From: Planctomycetota bacterium
GTDB taxonomy: Bacteria > Planctomycetota > JAJSAM01 > JAJVHW01
Assembly (NCBI GenBank): GCA_965248445.1
Contig: CBDFJG010000002.1
Coordinates: 768,001-832,000, forward strand
DNA: 64,000 nucleotides
Reading direction: 5' to 3'
This document shows, in pieces, positions 39,881-51,033 of this stretch. How positions within the stretch are numbered: the first letter of the stretch is position 1; each line of letters opens with the position of its first letter. The position numbers were made by a program, and so were the translations under genes. The notes under the pieces are model-generated. The model made no database searches. It saw nothing but the letters and a program-made list of their open reading frames with translations, and was not told where the DNA came from.

Positions 39881-40146
39881 GCGCAAGACGGACCGGGAGC
39901 GGGCGGAGGCGTGGTGCGCGCGATGGATCGAAGAAGACTGCCACGGACAGCCGCGCGATCAGATGACCGACGAACTCACCGAGGCCCTTGCCGCCGTGCG
40001 CCGCGAGACGGTGGAGAACATCCTCCGGGTGTTGGGCGAGCAGTACCGCCGCATGGACAACGACCCGGCGCTGCGGGACGGCATCGAGTTCCACGACGCC
40101 CTACGGAACCGTATCCGCGCGCTGCTTGGGGAGGAGGCGTGACAGC

Positions 40147-40455
40147 ATGAGCCTCCTGACCGCCCGCGAGGTCGCCGGAGCACCGCAGCTCTCCCCCGCA
40201 GCCGTGGCGTTGCTCAACGCCGTCGCGTCTGTCGCGCCCCCAACCGAAGACCCGTGGGCCAAGTACCCGCCTGTCCTCACGGTCGATCACATCGCAGAGA
40301 TCATGGGGAGGGACCGGGAGACCGTCCGTCGCTGGGCGCGCAAGGGCAGCAAGAACGGCGGGCTCGACATGGCGACGTTCCAGGGCTCGTACGTGATGGA
40401 CCAAGTCGAGTTCCGCCGCGTCATGGGCTACACCGCCGACAGGAGCTCGTCGTGA
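40147..40455 (+). CDS. Excisionase-like HTH DNA-binding protein
   Basis: VLTVDHIAEIMGRDRETVRRWARKG; convergent with the integrase. Confidence 0.7.
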   Translation: MSLLTAREVAGAPQLSPAAVALLNAVASVAPPTEDPWAKYPPVLTVDHIAEIMGRDRETVRRWARKGSKNGGLDMATFQGSYVMDQVEFRRVMGYTADRSSS

Positions 40456-41555
40456 TCGTCCCCCTGCATCTCATCCCGAGCGCGCATCGCGTCGAACGCT
40501 TCGTCGTCGGGGATGGCGCGGAGGTACTTCTGCGTCGTCACGATCGAGCGGTGGCCGGCGAGACGACGCGCGCTCTCGAGATCCACGCCCGGGGTGCGGA
40601 CGAGATGCGCGATCCAGTTGTGTCGGAGGTCGTGGGGAACCAGCTTCGTGCGCCCCATGCCGTCCGCCGCTGCACGGAAGATGTGGCTATAGTCCGCCCG
40701 ACGGATGTCCGGGAACAGCGGCTCCACGTCGCCGACTCTGCGACCGTCTCTCCGGGCGCCGAGCACTCCGAGCACCTGGCGCGCGAGAGCGGTTGTGGGG
40801 ATGCGACGGGAGCGCCCACTCTTCGTGGTCTCGGCGCCCGGCAACGCGCGCGTGACGTTCACCACCGTGAGGCCCGGCAAGAAGTCGCCCCAGGCCAACG
40901 CGCGCGCTTCGCCCGGACGCAGGCCCATCTCGGACTGCAGAATCACGCACGCCCGGATGGAGGGCGGCATCGCGGTGTAGACCTCAAGCAGCTCGTCCGT
41001 CCGGAGCCAGGTCACGACGCGCTCGACGATCCGGCCGACACGCACCCCGTTGACGGGGTTCTGCAGCGCGACGCGCGCCTCGACGGCCAGGGAGAAGATC
41101 AGGGACAACACCGACCGCTCCGTGTGCAGGGTGCTGTTCTTCATCTTCCCGCTCAGAGCGAGGGCGTCGAAGTGCGCCTGGATGTCGCCGCGCCTGATGG
41201 AGACGACCCTTCGCTTCCCGAGGCGCTCCTCCAGGCGGCGTATGGGGGGCTTGCGGCCACTGATCGTGCTCTCGGTGTTCCCCCGGGCCCGGAGGAGCCT
41301 GGGGATGCGCTTGAGCCACTCGGAGAGGGTGACCTCCTCGATCGCCGGCTCACCGAGCAGTCGTTGCCGCAGGAGCCTCCGGCGCACGTCGAGAAGCATG
41401 GCTTCGGCGGCCGTCTTGGTGAGTCCGCCAAAGCGGTTGCGCCGGCGTCCTGTCGTGTCGCTCCACCTGATGTACCATCCGTCCATCAGGGAGCCGTCGG
41501 GGCGCTTGCGTTTGTAGACGGACCCGAACGATCGGCGACGCGGCATAGGCACCAA
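40428..41555 (-). CDS. Phage integrase (tyrosine recombinase with arm-binding N-terminus)
   Basis: GSVYKR...WYIRW N-terminus; GLRPGE, TKSGRSR, HDLRH, GHRSIVTTQKY. Confidence 0.92.
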   Translation of the reverse strand: MVPMPRRRSFGSVYKRKRPDGSLMDGWYIRWSDTTGRRRNRFGGLTKTAAEAMLLDVRRRLLRQRLLGEPAIEEVTLSEWLKRIPRLLRARGNTESTISGRKPPIRRLEERLGKRRVVSIRRGDIQAHFDALALSGKMKNSTLHTERSVLSLIFSLAVEARVALQNPVNGVRVGRIVERVVTWLRTDELLEVYTAMPPSIRACVILQSEMGLRPGEARALAWGDFLPGLTVVNVTRALPGAETTKSGRSRRIPTTALARQVLGVLGARRDGRRVGDVEPLFPDIRRADYSHIFRAAADGMGRTKLVPHDLRHNWIAHLVRTPGVDLESARRLAGHRSIVTTQKYLRAIPDDEAFDAMRARDEMQGDDHDELLSAV

Positions 41556-41821
41556 AATGTGTACCAGCGCGGCGATCTAGGCTCAAGCGGCGTTCGTCGT
41601 AGTACCGGCGGAACACGTCGAGCGGCTTCAGTTCGCCGGCTCGAATGAACGCTGCGGGACCAACCGCGAGGCGCACGGCGAAGAGCGCGGACAACGTGAG
41701 GAGGGCGACGACCGCGGCGAGCGCGCGTTTCCTGTGCATGGATGCTCCACGCGGTCTCCCGTTCCGTCCGGGGAGTCAGGACGCGCGAAGCGGGCGCTTG
41801 GTTACATCGTCCGGCTGCTGA

Positions 41822-42487
41822 TCACTCGGACAGCGGCGTGTCCGTCTGCACGCCGAGCATCGACAACATCCCGTCGGCCGCGAGGCGCATGGGCGTCGTG
41901 TCGGCGTACGTCTTCGACAAGAGGTACCCGCCCTGGATGAACCCGAGCGTCAGCGCGGCGAGCTTCGCGGGCTCCGGCGCGTTGTCCGGCAGTTCACCGC
42001 GCTCCGCCGCGTCGCGGTACAGGCGCTCGAGCACGCGCGCGAATCCGTCGAACGTCTGGATCAGCTTCTGACGGAAGCGATCGTTGTGCTCTGCCTCCGC
42101 GTTGGCCAGCGTCCCGAACGGACACCCGCCGCGACAGTGGTCCACCTCAAGGCGGTCGATGAGCCCGTCCACCATGAAGCGCACCCGCGCGAGCGGCGCC
42201 AGGTCCTCCCGCTCGAGGGACGGCCCGATGACGGCCTCGGTGAGGTCGTCGAGCCATGTGTCCATGACCGCGAGGGCCAGGTCCTCCTTGCTCTTGAAGT
42301 GGTAGTAGAAGTTGCTCCGCACCACTCCGGACTCACGCAGGATGCGATCGAGCGAGACGTGCCGGTATCCGTCCTCGTGGAACAGCAGCGCGGCGGTCTC
42401 GATCAGCCGCGCTCGGCTCGACCGGGGCTTGGCCGGGGGGGACGCCTCGACGGCGGCGGGCGGCGGCAGGCTGTCGTGGTCTGGCAT
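41822..42487 (-). CDS. TetR/AcrR-family regulator (NemR-like C-terminus)
   Basis: LFHEDGY...NFYYHFKSKEDL; GCPFGTLANA. Confidence 0.9.
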   Translation of the reverse strand: MPDHDSLPPPAAVEASPPAKPRSSRARLIETAALLFHEDGYRHVSLDRILRESGVVRSNFYYHFKSKEDLALAVMDTWLDDLTEAVIGPSLEREDLAPLARVRFMVDGLIDRLEVDHCRGGCPFGTLANAEAEHNDRFRQKLIQTFDGFARVLERLYRDAAERGELPDNAPEPAKLAALTLGFIQGGYLLSKTYADTTPMRLAADGMLSMLGVQTDTPLSE

Positions 42488-42576
42488 GGGCTCCGTGTGC
42501 GCTCTCTGTGTACTCCGGGGGATTGTCCAGGCTGCCCGGGACCCGAAACGGAGAAACCGGACGACATCTTCCGATT

Positions 42577-42600
42577 TTAGGACGAACTGGTCAGTCCTAA
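42577..42600. promoter_or_regulatory. Inverted repeat between divergent TetR and ECF genes (candidate operator)
   Basis: TTAGGAC-N10-GTCCTAA. Confidence 0.5.
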
Positions 42601-42625
42601 TCGTTCCATGAGGTAGGAGGACCCG

Positions 42626-43180
42626 ATGACCGCCCACGCCGTCGCCATCGACGCAGTCACCCGCCGCATCCTGTCCGAACAGCCCTTCCTGAAGCGCCTG
42701 GCGCTGCGCCTCTCGCGCCGCAGCCCGGACGCCGACGACCTGGTCCAGGAGACGCTCCTGCGGGCGTATCGGGCTCGCGAGCGCTTCCAGCGCGGCACCT
42801 CCATGCGGGCCTGGTTGGCCACGATCCTGCGGAGGCTGTTCCTGACCGGCGCCATCAAGGCGAAGCGCCGCGGCACCCAGACCGCCACCGATGCCGGCGA
42901 CGCGGTTTCGTTCGCCGCCATGCCGGACCGCGAGGACACGTCCGAGCTGACCCGCGCCCAGCGTCTCGAGCAAGTCGACGACCGGCTCCTGAGCGCGCTC
43001 CAGCGCGTGCCGCAGGTGTACCGCGAGCCGTTCGAGATGTTCTCGCTCGACGGGCTCTCCTACGCCGACATCGCCACACGGATCGACGTGCCGGTCGGCA
43101 CCGTGATGAGCCGCATCCACCGCGCGCGGACGCGGATCAAGGCATCGCTGGTCGAGAGCGGATACCGCGCGGCGTCCTAG
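42626..43180 (+). CDS. ECF-type RNA polymerase sigma factor
   Basis: DADDLVQET, AWL, SYADIA...VGTVMSRIHRAR. Confidence 0.9.
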   Translation: MTAHAVAIDAVTRRILSEQPFLKRLALRLSRRSPDADDLVQETLLRAYRARERFQRGTSMRAWLATILRRLFLTGAIKAKRRGTQTATDAGDAVSFAAMPDREDTSELTRAQRLEQVDDRLLSALQRVPQVYREPFEMFSLDGLSYADIATRIDVPVGTVMSRIHRARTRIKASLVESGYRAAS

Positions 43181-43210
43181 CCCCGCGCATCCCGCAATCG
43201 CGGTCGGGCT

Positions 43211-45132
<1,922 letters not shown>

Positions 45133-45136
<4 letters not shown>

Positions 45137-45642
45137 CGGGTCTCCTCGGAAGCTGACTTCGCGGATCGTGCCTCGAGCCACAGTTCACGGCGGCGGCGGG
45201 CGTCCTGGAAGCGGCGCTCCTCGGCCGCGGTCTCCGGTAGCACCGGCGGCACCGGGGTCGGCCGCATGTCGTCGCCCAGCGCCACGAACGTGAAGTACGC
45301 GGACGCCGTGTGCCGTAGCTCCGACGTCGTCGGGTCCTCGCCCCAGCAGCGCACACCGACCTCCATCGAGGTGCGCCCGGCGTGGTTCACCGACGCCTTG
45401 AGCACAAGCAGCTCGCCGATCCGGACCGGGTTGATGAAGTCGATGCGATCCACCGAGGCCGTGACACACGGCCGACGGGCGTGCCGCTGGGCGGCCACCG
45501 CGGCCACGATGTCCATGTGGTGCATGACCACGCCGCCGAGGGCATTGCCCAGGGTGTTGGCGTTGTTGGGCAGCACGAGCTGGATCATCTCCGCCTGTGA
45601 GGCCGAGACCGGCTTCGGGGGGAGCTGTTTGGTTGCGTTCAT
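45133..45642 (-). CDS. Acyl-CoA thioesterase (hotdog fold, YciA-like)
   Basis: ANTLGNALGG..MHHMD, VTASVD, GRTSMEVGV, FTFVA. Confidence 0.88.
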
Positions 45643-45794
45643 GGTGGTGTTGCAGCCCCCGCCCACTGATCGGCACAGTCTGGTCGCCGTACCTCCCAGA
45701 GGAGGCTCCCGGGGCGCTCGGTCACGCTACTTGAGAGTGTACGGCCCCGAAGAAAACGAGCGCCTGGAGGCGCGCCGCCACGCTCGTGCTGCGC

Positions 45795-45824
45795 TTGCAG
45801 AAACGCGCTCGTCCCACCTATGCT
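45795..45824 (+). promoter_or_regulatory. Candidate sigma70 promoter of the TPR gene
   Basis: TTGCAG-N18-TATGCT in the intergenic gap. Confidence 0.35.
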
Positions 45825-45922
45825 TCCCGGGGCCGGCGGCGCGCGCGGCCGCCACCCGGGAGCCTTCCCGGGGCCACAGAAAGGACCCCCGCACCTGCCG
45901 GGGGGATCAGGGACACCCGCCC

Positions 45923-47560
45923 ATGCGCTCACGCCACCAACCCCGCCCCAGTATCTTCCACTCTGGGGTCTTCTTCCGCCGTTGTTCGGTCGCACTGGTC
46001 GCCGCGGCGATCGTGTTCGCCGCCTCCGCCACAGCCGTCGCCGGCGCGCTCGAGGACGCCCTCGCCAAGAAGGCCGAGGGCAAGTTCGCCGAAGCCGTGC
46101 CGCTATTCGAGCGGGCCGTGGCCGAAAACGGGTCGAGCGCCGACGCGGCGCTCGGGCTCGGTCAGGTGCTCGCGGGCCTGGGCCGGTACGACGCCGCCGT
46201 CAAGGCGCTCAGCGCGGGCGCCAAGGCGAACCCCGAGCACGTCGGACTGATGGTCGAACGCGCGCGCACCCACCTACTGATCGCCGATGCCGGCAACGCA
46301 TCAGGCGAGGACGGCGCGAAGATCCTGAGCGACGCGGCGGACGCCGAACTGTGGCTCAAGAAGGCGCTCAAGGCCGACGAGAAGTCCGCGGACGCCCGCG
46401 TGCTCATGGGCAAGGTCAAGCGCTATCAGGGCGGCGGCGACAGCGACGAGGCGATCGCGTGGGTCAAGGGCGTGCTCGCCGACTTCCCCGACCACTTCGA
46501 CGCGAACTGGGAACTGGGGCAGTACCACTTCCGCCGCGGACGCTTGAAGCAGAGCAAGGGCAAGGACGACTGGGCCGCCGCCGAGACGCAGTTCGCCAAG
46601 TGCATGCAGATCGATCCGAAGAGCGGCCTGGCGGTGTTCAACCGCACGCTCGCGATGGCGTGGCTCGGCAAGTCCTACGCCGAGCTCGCGCCGGGCTACG
46701 AGCAGGCGTCCAAACTGCTGCCGGGTGACGAGAACCCGCTGCGTCAGCTCTACAAGGCGACAGGCGGCGACAAGGCGGGCCGCGTCGCAGCGTTCGAGCG
46801 CGTCGATGCGTCACGCCCGGGCGACAAGACGGTGCTCCTTTACCTCGCGTACGCACAGTCCGAGGCCGGCGACCGCGAAGCAGGACTCGCCACGCTCGTG
46901 CGCGCGGAGAAGGCATCGCCCGGCGACCCCTACATCGCGCTCAACCGCGGACATCTGCTGCTCGACATGGAGCGGATAGACGACGCCATGAAGGCGTACA
47001 CCGAGACCCTCGATGCCTGCGGCGACGCGTACTACAAGGACATCTACGGACAGATCAACCAGCGCGCGTGGAACGGCACCGGCAACCCGACCCCTGAGCA
47101 GCGCGACGCGCTCTGGACGCTCCTCTGGAAGAAGTGGCCGACGGTCTCGGACGCGCCGAACAACGCGGGGCTCTGGTACCGCGACAACTCGAGGGGGCGG
47201 GACAAGAAGGCCCGCGAGAAGCGCAGCTCGATCTGGTACCTGCGCGCGGTCGAAGCGGCACCGCAGAACGTCCAGATCCTCAACGACTGCGGACTGATCT
47301 TCCACGACCACCTGGCGGAGTTCGACCGTGCTGCGGAGTACTACCAACGCGCGGTCGAGGCCGGCGGCGACCAGGGGCTGAATTGGAACGGCGAAGGCGG
47401 GATCGATCACGTCGGCTACCGCGACGCGATCAACAACTACGGCAAGCTGCTCGTCGCGACCAAGCAGTGGAAGACGTTGCAGGCGTTCGCGGAGACACAC
47501 GTTCCCGTGGACCACCCGAGCCGCGAGACATGGATCAAGATGGGGAAGGCCGGCAAGTGA
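45923..47560 (+). CDS. Secreted tetratricopeptide-repeat protein
   Basis: Signal peptide; repeated A..LG...Y..A...A....P patterns. Confidence 0.8.
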   Translation: MRSRHQPRPSIFHSGVFFRRCSVALVAAAIVFAASATAVAGALEDALAKKAEGKFAEAVPLFERAVAENGSSADAALGLGQVLAGLGRYDAAVKALSAGAKANPEHVGLMVERARTHLLIADAGNASGEDGAKILSDAADAELWLKKALKADEKSADARVLMGKVKRYQGGGDSDEAIAWVKGVLADFPDHFDANWELGQYHFRRGRLKQSKGKDDWAAAETQFAKCMQIDPKSGLAVFNRTLAMAWLGKSYAELAPGYEQASKLLPGDENPLRQLYKATGGDKAGRVAAFERVDASRPGDKTVLLYLAYAQSEAGDREAGLATLVRAEKASPGDPYIALNRGHLLLDMERIDDAMKAYTETLDACGDAYYKDIYGQINQRAWNGTGNPTPEQRDALWTLLWKKWPTVSDAPNNAGLWYRDNSRGRDKKAREKRSSIWYLRAVEAAPQNVQILNDCGLIFHDHLAEFDRAAEYYQRAVEAGGDQGLNWNGEGGIDHVGYRDAINNYGKLLVATKQWKTLQAFAETHVPVDHPSRETWIKMGKAGK

Positions 47561-48672
47561 CCCACCGCCAGATACTCTCGCTCACGCTCATGGGCGCTTT
47601 CGGACTCCTCTTGCCCGCGGCATGCGGAGGCGAGACGGAAGCCGCGGCGACGCAGGACGACGCCGCGGCCGGGCCTGTGGTCACCGCCGGCGCCCTCGAA
47701 GTCAGTGCGAGTGCGCCCAAGACGGCGACGCTCGGTCAGATGATCCAGCTCACGGTCACGCTGAAGAACACGGGCGGCGCCGCGGAGCGCGTCAACGTCC
47801 CGCGTCTCGGCCGGCACTCCGTCGCCGTGAAGGTCAGCCGCGACGGCGCCAAGACCACGTGGCTTGAACGGCTGCATGCGGATCTCGACGAGCGAACGGG
47901 TGACTTCAAGTGGAAGATGCCCGAGTCGCGCGACCTCGAAGCCGGCAAGACGCTGAGCGTCGAGATCCCGATCGTTGCGACGGTGGTCGGTAAGCAGACG
48001 CTCGTCGCGCAATACCGCCGCGCCGGCGAGGATCCGGTGACCTGCTCACCGCTCGAGATCGAGGTGAAGCCCGACGGCGAGAAGTCGAACCTGGGTGTCC
48101 GCCTGGCGACGACTCATGGCGACCTCGTGGTCAAGCTGCGCGGCGACCTCGCGATGAACACCGTCGAGAGCTTCGCGTCGCTGGTCGCCAAGGGCTACTT
48201 CGACGGCCTGACGTTTCACCGCATCGTGGCTGGCTTCATGGCGCAGGGCGGCGATCCCAAGGGCACGGGCGGCGGCGGCCCCGGGTACTACCTGCCCCTC
48301 GAGGCGCACAGCGACCTGCTGCACGACCGTGGCGTGCTGTCGATGGCGCGGACGAACGTCCCCGACACGGCGGGGTCGCAGTTCTTCCTGATGTTCACGC
48401 GCTATCCGTCACTCGACCCGATGCCGCCGCGCAGCCCGGGCTACACGGCGTTCGGCGAGACCGTCGAGGGCGACGACACGCTGAAGAAGATGGAAGCCGT
48501 GCCGGTCCAGTGGAATCGGCCCGAGGTCATCGAGGATCTGAAGCGCCGCGGCGCCGTGGGCGCGCGCCTCGAGCAGGCGCTGCAGCAACTCGCGCGGCAG
48601 GGTCAGATCGAGAAGTCGCAACCCACCGAGCGCGTCGCGATCGAGAAGGCGACGCTCCTCACGCTGAAGTAG
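47557..48672 (+). CDS. Cyclophilin-type peptidyl-prolyl isomerase, probable lipoprotein
   Basis: Lipobox-like PAAC; FHRIV..FMAQGGDP, LSMAR, AGSQFF, YTAFG. Confidence 0.88.
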   Translation: MTHRQILSLTLMGAFGLLLPAACGGETEAAATQDDAAAGPVVTAGALEVSASAPKTATLGQMIQLTVTLKNTGGAAERVNVPRLGRHSVAVKVSRDGAKTTWLERLHADLDERTGDFKWKMPESRDLEAGKTLSVEIPIVATVVGKQTLVAQYRRAGEDPVTCSPLEIEVKPDGEKSNLGVRLATTHGDLVVKLRGDLAMNTVESFASLVAKGYFDGLTFHRIVAGFMAQGGDPKGTGGGGPGYYLPLEAHSDLLHDRGVLSMARTNVPDTAGSQFFLMFTRYPSLDPMPPRSPGYTAFGETVEGDDTLKKMEAVPVQWNRPEVIEDLKRRGAVGARLEQALQQLARQGQIEKSQPTERVAIEKATLLTLK

Positions 48673-48680
48673 GCTGCTAA

Positions 48681-49649
48681 CCCGAATCGTTCACCAGCCG
48701 GGAATCTGAGCGGGCCGTCGTCTGTCTAAGTGCTCGTACTCGCTAGTACTTGCACCGACAGGAGCGCCGGCCCGATGACGACAGACTGTAGCCCGCAGGG
48801 GACCCTCTTCGCGGGCATCTGTGGACGCACCGCGGTGACGCGCTTCGACGCCGGTACCGTGACGAGCGACGGGGGCGTGCTGCTGCTCGAGCGGACCGAT
48901 CGTCGCATCGATCTGCTCTCGCGGTTTGCGCGCTGCTTCGGGGACCACCGGGACCCGCGTCGGGTCGAGCACACGGTCGGCCAGATGCTGCGTCAGCGGG
49001 TCTTCGGGCTGTGCGCGGGCTACGAGGATCTGGTGGACCACGACCATGTCGGCAAGGACCCGCTGTTTGCCGCGGCGTGCGGCAAGCGCGAGGGTGCTCT
49101 GGCCACGCACCCGACGCTCTCGCGGCTCGAGACCACGCAGCTCGGCGCCACGGCACAGACGCGCTACGCCAAGATCGAGATGGACCAGGAGCGCGTGGAC
49201 AGCGTGCTCAGCGACGTCTTCTGCGAGGCCATGGGGCCGGAGGATCCGGGCCTGCTCGTGCTGGACCTGGACCACTCCGACGTGCGGCTGCACGGCCGGC
49301 AGGAGGGCCGCTTCTTCCACGGCTACTACGGGCACTACTGCTACCTGCCGCTGTACGTCTTCTGCGGCGAGCACCTCTTGCTCGCTCGGCTCCAGACCGC
49401 TGACAGAGATCCCGCGCGCGGAGTCGTGGACGAGCTCCGTGCGCTGGTCTTACGTCTGCGGCGCCGCTGGCCCCGGGCCAAGGTGCTCGTGCGCGCAGAC
49501 TCGGGCTTTTGCCGCGAGGAGCTGATGGCCTGGTGCGAGGCCGCCGGCCACTTCTACCTGCTGGGCATGGCGCGCAATGAGCGCCTTGAGCGACACGTCG
49601 AAGACGCGCTCGATGAGGCCGCAGCCCGTGCCGTGCAGACCGGCCGAGC
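48681..49649 (+). mobile_element. IS1380-family element, 3'-truncated (transposase from 48775)
   Basis: Matches the intact inverted copy at 60488-62156 up to the IS3 junction; TSDGG, LDLD.S, VRADSGFCR. Confidence 0.88.
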
Positions 49650-50906
49650 TGGAGTTCCCCCGGTTCGGTGGACACCCGACCACTGAGGTTGGGAGGATGT
49701 CCAGATGCCCAGATCGAGACCACCGTACGACGAGGAGTACAAGCGCCAGATCGTCGAGTTGCACCGCGCCGGCCGGAGCGTGATGAGCCTGTGCCGCGAG
49801 TTCGAGCCGACGGAGATGACGATCCGCAAGTGGATCAAGCAGGCCGCGCTGGACGCCGGAGAGCGTGACGACGGCTTGACCACCGCGGAGCGCGATGAGC
49901 TGCGCAAGCTCAGACGAGATGTGCGCCGGCTGCGCGAGGAGCGCGACATCTTGAAAAAAGCCGCGGCCTGGTTCGCTCGGGAGACGCGCTCGATCCCAGA
50001 GAAGGGTTCGGGTTCGTGAGCGATCACCAGGCAGAGCACGACGTGGCCACCATGTGTCGGGTCCTCGGCGTCTCGAGGAGCGGGTACTACGCATCGCGCG
50101 GCCGTGCGCCCTCGAAGAGAGATCGCGAGGACGCTGCCCTGACCGAGCGCGTCCGCGAGATCCACGAGCGCTCTCGCCAGACGTACGGATCACCGCGCAT
50201 CCATGCCGAGCTGCGCTACGAGGGCCTCCACATCGGTAGGAAGCGCGTCGAGCGCCTCATGCGCCAGGCTGGGATCGAGGGCGTGAGCCGCCGCAAGAGA
50301 GCCAAGACCACGAAGCGCTCGCAGCGTCAGGCGCCGGCCGCCGACCTGGTCGATCGCGACTTCACGGCCGACGCACCCGATCAGCTCTGGGTGGCCGACA
50401 TCACGTACGTGCCGACCTGGACGGGGTTCCTGTACCTGGCGGTCGTCCTCGACGTCTGGAGCCGCCGGATCGTCGGCTGGTCCATGGCCACGACGCTCCA
50501 CACCAAGATCGTGCTGGACGCACTCGAGATGGCCGTGCGCCAGCGCCAGCCCCTCGGAGTCGTCCACCACTCCGACCAGGGCTGCCAGTACACGTCGCTC
50601 GCCTTCGGGCGGCGCTGCAGAGAAGCGGGCGTCAGGCCGTCCATGGGATCGGTCGCAGACGCCTACGACAACGCCATGTGCGAGAGCTTCTTCGCCACGC
50701 TCGAGACCGAGTTGATCGACCGCACCAGCTTTTCGACCAAGTCCGCAGCGCGGTTGGCGGTGTTCGACTTCATCGAGGGCTTCTACAATCCGCAGCGGCG
50801 ACACTCCTCCATCGAGGACCTGTCGCCCATCGAGTTCGAGAGGCGGCGACGGCCGGAGGCCGCCGTATCATAGTCCCCGGGTGTCCACCGAACCGGGGGA
50901 ACTCCA
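49650..50906 (+). mobile_element. IS3-family element A, copy 1 (1257 bp; orfA 49705-50019, orfB 50016-50873)
   Basis: IRs TGGAGTTCCCCCGGTTCGGTGGACACCCG at both ends; A6G at 49954-49960; DDE motifs ADITY, HSDQG, DNAMCES; no target duplication. Confidence 0.92.
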
Positions 50907-51033
50907 CCCCGAAGCAGCGCGCAAACCGCGAGAGCAGATCGATGCGACGATCGACCCGCTCGAGCAGCAGCACGCCCCCGTCGCTCGTCACGGTACCGGC
51001 GTCGAAGCGCGTCACCGCGGTGCGTCCACAGAT
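50907..51033 (-). mobile_element. 127-bp internal IS1380 fragment
   Basis: Matches 61894-62020; opposite orientation to the copy at 48681. Confidence 0.85.

Larger units (their letters stand above)
19841..41570. mobile_element. Incomplete siphovirus-like prophage / phage-derived element
   Basis: Co-oriented terminase-portal-protease-capsid-tail tube-chaperone-tape measure genes between two tyrosine recombinases; boundaries approximate. Confidence 0.85.
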
